From Alkalispirochaeta sp. (GTDB lineage Bacteria > Spirochaetota > Spirochaetia > DSM-27196 > Alkalispirochaetaceae), in NCBI GenBank assembly GCA_965242725.1, contig CBDESZ010000016.1, positions 96,001 to 160,000 of the forward strand: 64,000 bases of DNA, given 5' to 3'. A program made the position numbers and the translations under genes. Numbering within the stretch: the stretch's first letter is position 1; every line of letters starts with the position of its first letter. Under the pieces are notes generated by a model. The model ran no database searches and was not told where the DNA came from. It saw only the letters and a list, made by a program, of their open reading frames with translations. This document shows, piece after piece, positions 29,414-38,407 of the stretch.

Positions 29414-30457
29414 TTACTGTACGGCCTGGATCGCTTCGTACAGCTCCTCAAATCCCGACTCTTCCACATAGTTCATCAGAGCAGGACGTGCCCGTTCACG
29501 GAACTCCGCCTTGTCGGCGTCGGAAAAGGGGTGAGCCGTCGCGAGACCCTCTTCGACAAGTTCGCTGAGTTGTCGGTTCGCCATGTCAATTTCATACTGC
29601 GAGCCATATTCACCCGCCTCGGCGCCCGCCTTGAGTACCGCTTCCTGAAGAACCGGGGACAGGCTCTGAAAGGTCTTTTCCGAGATAAAAAGGGGACGAA
29701 CGGTGATTGAATGCTCGTTCTGGGTGTAATGGGGTGCGACTTCAAAGAAGCGCATCTGTGCGTATCCGACCTTCTCGTTTTCAAGGCCGTCAATCACACC
29801 GGTCTGAATGGCGCTGTATACCTCGTCGTAGGCGATGACCGAAGGAGACGCACCAACGGCTGAAAAGACCTCAGCCCAGATCGGCGCTCCCTGGACACGC
29901 AGCTTGAAGCCCTGAAGCTCTTCCATATTGCGGATCGGATAGTTCGAAATGATGCTGCGGCTGGCGCCACCGGCGTAGCCGATCGGCCGGATGTTGGCTC
30001 GTTTAATGATCTCTTCCGAGATTTCATCAAAGAGCGAACTTTCGAGAACCGCGTTGCGGTGTTCGATGTCCCTGAAGAGCAGAGGCATGTCGACGATCGC
30101 GATTCGGGGAACCCGCTGGGCGATATGGGCGGGTGCAATAATCGCAAGATCAACGGACTCACCCTGGCTCATGAATCTGAGGTAATCGGACTCAATTCCG
30201 AGAGAACGGTCCAGGTTCATGTTCAGTTCCACCGTCGCTTCATCCTGGTACTCATTCACCAGCTCTTCAAATTTGACGAGCGTCTGGGTGAAGGGATGAT
30301 CCATGCCGAACATGGACGCAGCATTGAGAACGATCACCTGATTCTCCCCGGCATCACCGGCCGCTTCACCCTGTCCGGCCCCGAAAAGAAACGCCGGAAA
30401 GAGCACAAACGCTGCGACGGCGACCAGCACCATGCGGCGCATTGTCTTAATTGTCAT
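29414..30457 (-). CDS. dctP: TRAP transporter substrate-binding protein
   Basis: 'ELQGFKLRV', 'EVYSAIQTGVIDGLEN'. Confidence 0.93.
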   Translation of the reverse strand: MTIKTMRRMVLVAVAAFVLFPAFLFGAGQGEAAGDAGENQVIVLNAASMFGMDHPFTQTLVKFEELVNEYQDEATVELNMNLDRSLGIESDYLRFMSQGESVDLAIIAPAHIAQRVPRIAIVDMPLLFRDIEHRNAVLESSLFDEISEEIIKRANIRPIGYAGGASRSIISNYPIRNMEELQGFKLRVQGAPIWAEVFSAVGASPSVIAYDEVYSAIQTGVIDGLENEKVGYAQMRFFEVAPHYTQNEHSITVRPLFISEKTFQSLSPVLQEAVLKAGAEAGEYGSQYEIDMANRQLSELVEEGLATAHPFSDADKAEFRERARPALMNYVEESGFEELYEAIQAVQ

Positions 30458-30637
30458 ATACAATCCTCCTGATATTGATATGTCATTATCGGGCCAAATG
30501 TATGATCCCGCAAGGAAAAAATTCGACTGAACACAATTTTGTGTCGATTACAGCCTCTCAAACCGGCAAAAAGTGGTCGTTGACACGGAAACAGGTCCCC
30601 GGCAGCTTGCCACCTCGGGATTTAGATATGACAATAA
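30450..30637. promoter_or_regulatory. Candidate GntR-type operators
   Basis: TTGTCATAT at 30451-30459 (+) and 30626-30634 (-); related TTGATATGTCATT at 30475-30487. Confidence 0.35.
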
Positions 30638-30682
30638 GTCGGTCGGCGGGATGCCACATGTTGTCGGCAATCGAGGTAGATA

Positions 30683-31873
30683 TTGAACGATAAGACAAAG
30701 TCGCCACTGTACGACAGGATATTTCAGGCTCTGGAGAAACGGATAATTGATGGAACGTATCCGGAAGGTGCCCGCATCCCGACTGAAAAACAGCTCATGG
30801 AGGAGTATCGTACGAGCCGAATCACCGCGATGCGGGCGGTGAAAGAACTTGAAAATCGGGGATATGTGAGCCGTGTACGCGCCAAAGGAACCTTTGTGAA
30901 TACCCGGACTCACTGGAAAGAGAACAACGGAGGGTCCGTATACGCGGTAAAGCCGCTTGTCGCAATCGTGTTTCCCGCACCGGTTACGAAGGTCGCCCTG
31001 AACATGGAGGTCCTCCAGGGGGTTGAAGCGGCGTGTCGTCAAATGGGATATACCCTTTCGGTGACAAGTATCGATATCGAGGAAAGCCCCGAGACGGGAC
31101 CCCTTGATATGGAGAAAAACCTGATCGGCGAAATCATTGAGAGCGGCGCGGTCGGCGCGATTATCTATCCATATTCGACCAGAAGCAGTCAGGAGATGTA
31201 CAACCGGATGATTGTGAGGTCCTTTCCCTTTGTTCTCGTCGACCGGCGCGTGTTCGGCGTTGATGCATCGGTTGTCGCCTCGGACAACAGGGGCGGATTT
31301 TACTCAATCGTGAAACACGTGATATCCCGGGGTCACCGGCGCATCGCCTTTGTCTCCGGAGACACCTTTGAGTCAAGCAGTCGCAGCGACCGCTTCCACG
31401 GCTACGTACAGGCAATGAACGACCACAAGATCCTGATAGCCGATGAACTCATCGTCCATGACCTTGTTCCCTTTGACTATAATTACGTCTTTTACGATCA
31501 GGAAGTTGCCGGGTCCGAGTCGCTCCGGGAATCCATCAGGGCGATGCTGACCCGCTTCACCGCTCTTTCCGAGCCGCCCACGGCGATCGCCGCAACCAAC
31601 GATTACATCGCATTGAACATCGTAAAGCTCGCCCGGGAGATGGGGATTCGTGTACCCGAAGATCTTTCCGTCACGGGTTTCGACAATCTCTCGATGTGCT
31701 CCCTGGTAAGCCCGCGGCTTACAACGGTGTCACAGCCCTTTGTCCAAATGGGCAGCGGGGCGGTTGAGTTGCTTGATAAACACATCAAGGACCCCACCAA
31801 GACGACGGAGATCGTATCGCTCCCGACGACGCTGATTACGGGAGAATCGGTTGCGGAGCTGCACGGATCCTGA
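30683..31873 (+). CDS. GntR-HTH / LacI sugar-binding domain regulator (AraR-type)
   Basis: 'IPTEKQLMEEYRTSRITAMRAVKELENRGYV...KGTFV' fused to 'GIRVPEDLSVTGFDN...LTTVSQP'. Confidence 0.92.
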   Translation: MNDKTKSPLYDRIFQALEKRIIDGTYPEGARIPTEKQLMEEYRTSRITAMRAVKELENRGYVSRVRAKGTFVNTRTHWKENNGGSVYAVKPLVAIVFPAPVTKVALNMEVLQGVEAACRQMGYTLSVTSIDIEESPETGPLDMEKNLIGEIIESGAVGAIIYPYSTRSSQEMYNRMIVRSFPFVLVDRRVFGVDASVVASDNRGGFYSIVKHVISRGHRRIAFVSGDTFESSSRSDRFHGYVQAMNDHKILIADELIVHDLVPFDYNYVFYDQEVAGSESLRESIRAMLTRFTALSEPPTAIAATNDYIALNIVKLAREMGIRVPEDLSVTGFDNLSMCSLVSPRLTTVSQPFVQMGSGAVELLDKHIKDPTKTTEIVSLPTTLITGESVAELHGS

Positions 31874-31959
31874 TTGACGGGGACCCTCAGTCCGCACTTC
31901 GCCGCAGAATACCCCGTATCGGTTGTCTTTCCATACACCCGATACGTATCATTACAATC

Positions 31960-34194
31960 ATGAATATCGGTGACATCGCGACCACCGTTCTGATACTTAT
32001 CGGAGCGGGGGGCATGGCGATGGCTCTCGGCATTACGAGGGCCATTCGCACGGCGGTGGCGGCGCACCATTACGCACGACGGTGGCGCACCCTCTCAATT
32101 CTGATGGGGTTCTTTCTCGGCTGTTACCTCTGTACCGTTGTGCTTATCCTCTTCGGCCGTTCCGACGTCCTGCTCTTGCTGACGGGAATCGTCTTTCTCT
32201 TCGGCGCGGCCTTTGTTCTTCTCGTCGTTCGCCTTGGACTGACCACAATCGAAGATCTCACGGAATCGGAGAAGCGATACCGGGGCCTCTTCAACGAGGT
32301 TCCCGTGGGCCTCTATCGGACGACCCCCGCATCGGGCTTCGTCGATGCAAATCCGGCCCTCCTCGAAATGCTCGGCTATACCAGCCTTGAATCGCTTCGC
32401 GCAGTCCCGACGGACAGCTTCTACACGGACCCTGCCGAGCGCGCGCGGTGGCGAACCCTCCTTGAAGAGACGGGTACCGTCCGCGATTTTGAAGTGAGTC
32501 TCACCCGCGCCGACGGCGAGGTCATCTGGGTCAGGGACAACGCCCGGGCGATCCGCGGCGACGACGGCGTTCAGTTTCAGGGTGCCATAGAGGACGTGAC
32601 GGAACGAAAACTCGCGGAAGACGCCCTCCGGGCGGCGAAAACGGCCGCGGAAAACGCAAACCGCGCCAAAAGCATCTTCCTCGCAAACATGAGCCATGAG
32701 CTGCGGACGCCTCTCAACGCGATCATCGGATACAGTGAGTTGTTAATGGAGGACGCCGAGGAGCTCGGTCAGGAAGACTTCATTCCCGACCTCAACAAGA
32801 TCAAGGTCGCGGGAAAGCACCTCCTTGAGCTGATCAACGCGATACTCGACCTCTCCAAGATCGAGGCGGGGAAGATGCAGCTCCACCTGGACACCTTCAA
32901 TATCGCGGAAATGGTGCGGGACGTATGCACCACCGTTGACCCCCTCATGACCAAAAACAGCAACGCCCTCGTCGTGAACTGTCCCGAAGAAATCGGCGCC
33001 ATGCGGAGCGACCTCACCAAGGTGCGACAGGTCCTCTTCAACCTGCTCAGCAATGCGTCGAAATTCACGGAACACGGCACGATCACCGTCGACGTCGAGG
33101 CGGACGACTCCGGCGAAAGGATCATTATTCGCGTCACCGATACGGGGATCGGCATGTCCGAGGAACAGGTGGACCGCGTCTTTGAGGAGTTTGCCCAGGC
33201 GGACAGCTCCACGACGCGGCACTACGGCGGTACCGGCCTCGGCCTCTCCATCAGCCGCCGCTTCTGCCGGCTCATGGACGGAGAACTCTCCGTTTCCAGT
33301 CAGGAGGGCAGCGGTTCAACCTTTACCGTCACCCTGCCGCGAACCTTAACGGATATGAGCGCACCCGCCCAAAGCGCCGAGGGCGGTGCGGAAGGGCGCT
33401 CTCCCGATATTTTTCCCGCCGGAGCAACGTCGGTACTTGTCATTGACGACGACCCGGCGGTGCGGGAACTCATGTCGAGATTCCTTGCAAAGGAAGGTTT
33501 TCAGACGATCGCCGCCGCCGACGGCGCCCAGGGACTGGCGAAGGCGAAGGAGCTCAAGCCCGACATCATCACCCTTGACGTCATGATGCCCGGTATCGAC
33601 GGGTGGTCCGTATTGCGGTCACTGAAGGATGAGGAGGAGACGGCGTCCATTCCGGTGGTCATGCTCACCATCGTGGACGATCAGAACCTCGGCTTTGCCC
33701 TGGGAGCCGCCGACTACCTCTCCAAGCCGATCGACCGCAACAATCTCCTCAAAGTGCTTGGAAAACACTGCTGCACTCCCGAGCGCTGCACCGTGCTTGT
33801 CGTCGACGACGATCCGGAGACGCGGGAAATGCTCCGCCGTACCATGGAGAAGGAGCACTGGACGGTGGCGGAAGCGGTCAACGGCCGGGCAGCTCTCGAG
33901 CTTATCGCCAGGCAGACACCGGAACTGATCGTTCTCGATCTCATGATGCCCGAGATGGACGGTTTTGAGTTTGTGACCCAATTGCGGGCACATGAAAGGT
34001 GGCGTACCATTCCCATAGTGGTGATAACCGCGAAGGAGTTGACCCTGGAGGAACGGGAACAGCTCCGGGGAGAGGTGCAGCGAATCCTCCAGAAGGGCGG
34101 GCACACGAGAGACGATCTGCTCGCGGAACTGCGGACTCTCGTCAAGGCCACGGTGGTAACCGGGTGCGACGAGAACGAATCCGCACAGGGATAA
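31960..34194 (+). CDS. Hybrid sensor histidine kinase (TM-PAS-HisKA-HATPase-REC-REC)
   Basis: 'FLANMSHELRTPLNAIIG', 'NLLSNASKFT', 'DTGIGM', 'GGTGLGL', receivers 'LDVMMPG' and 'LDLMMPE'. Confidence 0.95.
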   Translation: MNIGDIATTVLILIGAGGMAMALGITRAIRTAVAAHHYARRWRTLSILMGFFLGCYLCTVVLILFGRSDVLLLLTGIVFLFGAAFVLLVVRLGLTTIEDLTESEKRYRGLFNEVPVGLYRTTPASGFVDANPALLEMLGYTSLESLRAVPTDSFYTDPAERARWRTLLEETGTVRDFEVSLTRADGEVIWVRDNARAIRGDDGVQFQGAIEDVTERKLAEDALRAAKTAAENANRAKSIFLANMSHELRTPLNAIIGYSELLMEDAEELGQEDFIPDLNKIKVAGKHLLELINAILDLSKIEAGKMQLHLDTFNIAEMVRDVCTTVDPLMTKNSNALVVNCPEEIGAMRSDLTKVRQVLFNLLSNASKFTEHGTITVDVEADDSGERIIIRVTDTGIGMSEEQVDRVFEEFAQADSSTTRHYGGTGLGLSISRRFCRLMDGELSVSSQEGSGSTFTVTLPRTLTDMSAPAQSAEGGAEGRSPDIFPAGATSVLVIDDDPAVRELMSRFLAKEGFQTIAAADGAQGLAKAKELKPDIITLDVMMPGIDGWSVLRSLKDEEETASIPVVMLTIVDDQNLGFALGAADYLSKPIDRNNLLKVLGKHCCTPERCTVLVVDDDPETREMLRRTMEKEHWTVAEAVNGRAALELIARQTPELIVLDLMMPEMDGFEFVTQLRAHERWRTIPIVVITAKELTLEEREQLRGEVQRILQKGGHTRDDLLAELRTLVKATVVTGCDENESAQG

Positions 34195-34200
34195 CGGGAA

Positions 34201-34575
34201 ATGGCCAGGATATTGATCGTAGAAGACAACGAGATGAACCGGGACATGCTCTCCCGGCGCCTTGCCCGGCGGGGTTATGAAATCGAGACCGCCGTCGACG
34301 GCAGCGAGGGCGTCCGCGCCGCCCGGGAGCGACACCCCGACCTCGTGCTCATGGATCTCAGCCTTCCGGTCATGGACGGGTGGGAAGCGATCAGAATTCT
34401 CAAGGGCGACGACGCTTCAAAGGCGATACCGGTGATCGCCCTCACCGCCCACGCGCTGGTAACGGACCGTGAAGAGGCGCTTGCAACGGGAAGCGACGAG
34501 TTCGAGACCAAGCCGGTCGACCTGCCCCGGCTGCTTGAGAAGATCGAACGGCTCCTCGATGGCCGGAGCACGTGA
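34201..34575 (+). CDS. Single-domain response regulator (DivK-like)
   Basis: 'ILIVEDNEMN...LMDLSLP...IALTAHA...TKPVD'. Confidence 0.93.
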   Translation: MARILIVEDNEMNRDMLSRRLARRGYEIETAVDGSEGVRAARERHPDLVLMDLSLPVMDGWEAIRILKGDDASKAIPVIALTAHALVTDREEALATGSDEFETKPVDLPRLLEKIERLLDGRST

Positions 34576-35639
34576 TGAATGTCGAACAACCATATTCGAT
34601 CCTCGTCGTCGACGACAACGAGATGAACCGGGACGTCCTCGTGCGACGGTTGTCGCGGCAGGGTTACGCCACGGAAACCGCGGAAGACGGACGCGCCGCG
34701 CTTGACCGCATCGTCGCTGAACCGGGAAAATTCGACCTGATCCTCCTGGACATCATGATGCCCCGCATGACCGGTTTTGAAGTGCTTGAGACGCTCAAGG
34801 ACGACACGGCCCTCCGGCACATTCCGGTCATCATGATCTCCGCAATGACCGACCTGGAAAGCACGGTCCGCTGCATTCAGCTGGGAGCGGAGGATTATCT
34901 CCCCAAACCTTTTGAACCGACGCTGCTGAAGGCGCGCATCGGTGCTTCCCTGGAAAAGAAACGACTCCGCGACGTCGAGCAGGCATACCTGGCACAGCTC
35001 AGTGAGGAACGGGCGCGCTCCGAGCGGCTGCTCCTCAACATTCTTCCCCGGCAGATCGCCGAGCGCCTCAAGGCGGAGGAAGGCACAATCGCCGACTACT
35101 TCCCGGAGGCGTCGGTCCTGTTTGCGGACATTGTCGATTTTACGAGCCTCACATCCGAGGCGGCACCGGAGGAACTGATTCGTGTCCTGAATGAGATATT
35201 CAGCGAATTTGACCGCCTTGCCGTCACTCACGGCCTGGAAAAGATAAAGACCATCGGCGACGCCTATATGGTCGTCGGCGGCATACCCGAGCCCAACCCC
35301 CGGCACATCCACGAGGCGGCGCTGATGGCGCGGGAAATGCAGCGGACCGTCACATCCTACACCGGCTATGCCGGCAGGTCCTTTTCAATACGCGTTGGAA
35401 TGAATGTGGGCCCCGTCATCGCCGGCGTAATCGGAACAAGCAAGTTCATATACGATCTCTGGGGCGACACGGTAAATGTAGCCAGTCGCATGGAAGCGCA
35501 GGGAGTGCCCGGCGAGGTTCAGGTGACCGAAGCGGTACGCAACCGACTGGCCGACCGCTTTCACGTTACGGAACGGGGAAAGCTGTATATCAAGGGCCGG
35601 GGCGAGATGACCGCATTTCTGCTGGGTGAACCGAAATAG
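34572..35639 (+). CDS. Receiver + class III adenylate cyclase
   Basis: REC domain, then 'LFADIVDFT', 'EKIKTIGDAYM', 'YDLWGDTVNVASRME'. Confidence 0.93.
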   Translation: MMNVEQPYSILVVDDNEMNRDVLVRRLSRQGYATETAEDGRAALDRIVAEPGKFDLILLDIMMPRMTGFEVLETLKDDTALRHIPVIMISAMTDLESTVRCIQLGAEDYLPKPFEPTLLKARIGASLEKKRLRDVEQAYLAQLSEERARSERLLLNILPRQIAERLKAEEGTIADYFPEASVLFADIVDFTSLTSEAAPEELIRVLNEIFSEFDRLAVTHGLEKIKTIGDAYMVVGGIPEPNPRHIHEAALMAREMQRTVTSYTGYAGRSFSIRVGMNVGPVIAGVIGTSKFIYDLWGDTVNVASRMEAQGVPGEVQVTEAVRNRLADRFHVTERGKLYIKGRGEMTAFLLGEPK

Positions 35640-35664
35640 GAGAAGTCCGGCGCGGAGCCCGGCG

Positions 35665-36411
35665 TCACTCCGCCCGGGCGACCACGTAAAGCCGTCCCGG
35701 TTCAATGGAGCCTACCCGGGCTTGTCCCGCCCAGTCACTCCTCATTATCGCGTCTTCAAGCTCCTCCTTCAGAAATCCCCGCCGTATGGAGAGGGCGCCA
35801 TCGTCGGGGGCAAAACTGCGGCGCAGAAACAGAGGCGCCGCGACGCGGTAGGCGGTGTAGGAAAGGCGGGAACGTTGAAGGTCATTGCACAACAGCGTGC
35901 CCGAGCAGAGCCGTCGACTTGTATTGAAAAAGGCAACGAGTTCCTTCGCCGACAGGTGGTGGAGAAAATGGTTGGAAAAGACGTAGTCGTAGGGGGAAGT
36001 GGCATCCGGGAGATCAAGGACGGAGCGCTCCACGACGGACACGGTCGGATAGTCCGCACACGCCCGCCTGGCGAACTCCGCAACCCGGGGATCGGCCTCA
36101 CAACAGTCTACATGCATGACCGCACCGGAGGTGTTCCTGGCCGCGCGGACGAGATATCGGGCGATATCACCTCCGCCTGCGCCCGCATCAAGGAGGCGGA
36201 CACTTCTGAGCCCCCTCCTGCGGATGTCTTCAAGCAAATACTGCTTCAGGAGGTATCGGGATCGGGAGACCAGGCGATTCAACAGCGGAAACTGCCGCAG
36301 TGTCCGCCGCAGGCGCCCGGGATCGCTGTGAAGGTCGTCCATACGTTCGACCGCGTCCAATCTCCCGGCAAGGTCGGGCCACCATGGTATCCGTTCCGGC
36401 GGTCTTGTCAT
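35665..36411 (-). CDS. SAM-dependent methyltransferase (type III PKS-associated)
   Basis: 'ERMDD', 'LLDAGAGGGD', 'SNHFLHH', 'NDLQRS', 'DGALSIRRGF'; ATGA-coupled to the PKS. Confidence 0.88.
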   Translation of the reverse strand: MTRPPERIPWWPDLAGRLDAVERMDDLHSDPGRLRRTLRQFPLLNRLVSRSRYLLKQYLLEDIRRRGLRSVRLLDAGAGGGDIARYLVRAARNTSGAVMHVDCCEADPRVAEFARRACADYPTVSVVERSVLDLPDATSPYDYVFSNHFLHHLSAKELVAFFNTSRRLCSGTLLCNDLQRSRLSYTAYRVAAPLFLRRSFAPDDGALSIRRGFLKEELEDAIMRSDWAGQARVGSIEPGRLYVVARAE

Positions 36412-37535
36412 ACCGCTTCAAGAAGCGCCGATTCCACCGTCAGTCCGGGACCGAAGGCCGCCGCAAAAACGCGTCCACCGTCGCCCCGTTCCAGAATTCG
36501 CCGCAGCACAAAGAAGATCGTCGCCGAGCTCATGTTCCCGTATTCCCGCAGCACCTCATAGGAGTCGGAGAACGCCTCCTGGTGGAGGTCAAGCGCCGCG
36601 GCGGCGCGGTCAAGGATTGCCCTGCCGCCCGGATGAATCGCCCAGGTATCGACGGAACGGCGGTTGTGCCCTGACTTTTCCAGGAGGCCGTCCACGATGT
36701 CACCGATGTTCTTCTGTATGAACTTCGGTACATAGGCGGAGAGGCGCATATCAAAGGCGATGGGACCGATGCGCCACGCCATGTCCGACTCACTGCCGTC
36801 GATGACACGCCCGGCGTAGTCGATCAACCTGAGGCCCCGTGCGCCGTCCCTCCGGTGGTCGGGAAGACCCGCCGGTCCCGTCATCAGTGCGGCCGAGACG
36901 CCGTCGGCAAAGAGGGCGTTTGCCACCATCATGTCCGTCTCCGCCTTCAGCTGCAGATGGAGCGAACAGAGCTCGGCATTTACAATGAGCACCCTGGCTC
37001 CGGGATCTGCGGTGCAGATACTGTGTCCGAGTTTGAGAGCGGGAAAGGCGGCATAACAGCCCATAAATCCGATATGAAAGCGGTGTACCGTCGGTGCAAG
37101 GGGAATTTGACGCATGATGTCAAAGTCGAACCCCAGCGCCGAAAACCCTGTGCAACTGACGGTAATGAGATGGGTGATATCCTCTGGGTCCATATCCTCC
37201 CGTCGGCGCAGGAGCGTCCGGACCGCCTCGAGTGAAAGAGTGCGGGCGTGGGTGATAAACAGATCATTCCGCTGTTCCAGCCCCGGTTCGGGCTCAAATT
37301 CGGCATTTGGTGCGTAAAAGGTGTGTTCTTCGGGCGGGCGGTGGTAGTCATCCACCACGGTGTGTCTCTTTTCGATTGCAGTACCTTCGTAAATGCGATT
37401 CAAAAAGCGTTTCTGCGCATCGGTATACCGGGAGAGGCCGGTGACAAACTGCCGCGCTTCTTCCTGTGTATAGGATTGGGACGGAACCGCGGTGGCAATA
37501 TCAGTAATGAATACCGGCGAGTTCGAGTTTGACAT
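36408..37535 (-). CDS. Type III polyketide synthase (chalcone synthase-like)
   Basis: Catalytic triad 'FMGCYAA' (Cys), 'AIHPGG' (His), 'YGNMSSAT' (Asn); 'AFGPGLT'. Confidence 0.96.
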   Translation of the reverse strand: MSNSNSPVFITDIATAVPSQSYTQEEARQFVTGLSRYTDAQKRFLNRIYEGTAIEKRHTVVDDYHRPPEEHTFYAPNAEFEPEPGLEQRNDLFITHARTLSLEAVRTLLRRREDMDPEDITHLITVSCTGFSALGFDFDIMRQIPLAPTVHRFHIGFMGCYAAFPALKLGHSICTADPGARVLIVNAELCSLHLQLKAETDMMVANALFADGVSAALMTGPAGLPDHRRDGARGLRLIDYAGRVIDGSESDMAWRIGPIAFDMRLSAYVPKFIQKNIGDIVDGLLEKSGHNRRSVDTWAIHPGGRAILDRAAAALDLHQEAFSDSYEVLREYGNMSSATIFFVLRRILERGDGGRVFAAAFGPGLTVESALLEAV

Positions 37536-37576
37536 GAAAAAAAAGTAACGGTAACTTCACCGCGAGTACAGCAGGA

Positions 37577-38407
37577 ATGGACCGGAACAGCTACAGACTC
37601 TCCGATCAAAGTGCCCGCGAAATCCTTGGTCATCCGGAGACAAAACGGGAGTATAACCGCCGCCTCTTTTCCACCGTAGCCCCCCGGTACTATCTGGCGA
37701 CACGACTGCTCTCCTTCGGTCGCGACCAGGCGTGGAAACGGACGCTCGTCGGGATGTGCGCCGAAGCCCTGCCGGCACAACCGCGCCGGATACTCGATAT
37801 CGCCTGCGGGACCGGAGATCTCACCCTCGCCCTTTCCTCCCGCTTTCCCGAAACAGAAGTGGTCGGGGTCGATTTGAATCCCCATATGCTCGCAGAAGCG
37901 CGACGCCGACGGGAATCGGCACCGCAGTCGGACGGCTTGGTGCACTTCATGGAAGGAGACATGACGACCCTCCCGTTCCCGGACGGGTCATTTGACCTTG
38001 TCACCGGCGGGTATGCACTGCGGAATGCCCCGGACCTCGCTGCCGCTCTCGGTGAAATACGACGCGTTCTGGTCCCGCAGGGTGTTCTGGGAATACTCGA
38101 TTTTTCCCGCTCTCCCCGCCCCGCCGTGGCGGCCCTGTCGCGCGCCCTTCTTTCTTTTTGGGGAAACCTCTGGGGTATCGTCCTCCACGGTGACGGAGGC
38201 GTATATGGATACATCGCCCGCAGTCTCGCCCACTTTCCCGACAGGAAGTCCCTGGCACGACTTCTCTCCCGCGCAGGTTTTCCCCGGCTGACCAGAAAGC
38301 TCCGCATGTTCGGCATGCTTGAGGTCATCGTCGCGACCGAAGATCACCGCCTACCTACGGGCCCACCGACGCCCTCCGACAGGCCCTCCATCGGGCCCCG
38401 CGAGTGA
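37577..38407 (+). CDS. UbiE/MenG-family quinone C-methyltransferase
   Basis: 'LFSTVAPRY...LLSFGRDQAWKR', 'LDIACGTGD', 'LPFPDGSFD', 'YALRN', 'YGYIARSL'. Confidence 0.88.
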   Translation: MDRNSYRLSDQSAREILGHPETKREYNRRLFSTVAPRYYLATRLLSFGRDQAWKRTLVGMCAEALPAQPRRILDIACGTGDLTLALSSRFPETEVVGVDLNPHMLAEARRRRESAPQSDGLVHFMEGDMTTLPFPDGSFDLVTGGYALRNAPDLAAALGEIRRVLVPQGVLGILDFSRSPRPAVAALSRALLSFWGNLWGIVLHGDGGVYGYIARSLAHFPDRKSLARLLSRAGFPRLTRKLRMFGMLEVIVATEDHRLPTGPPTPSDRPSIGPRE

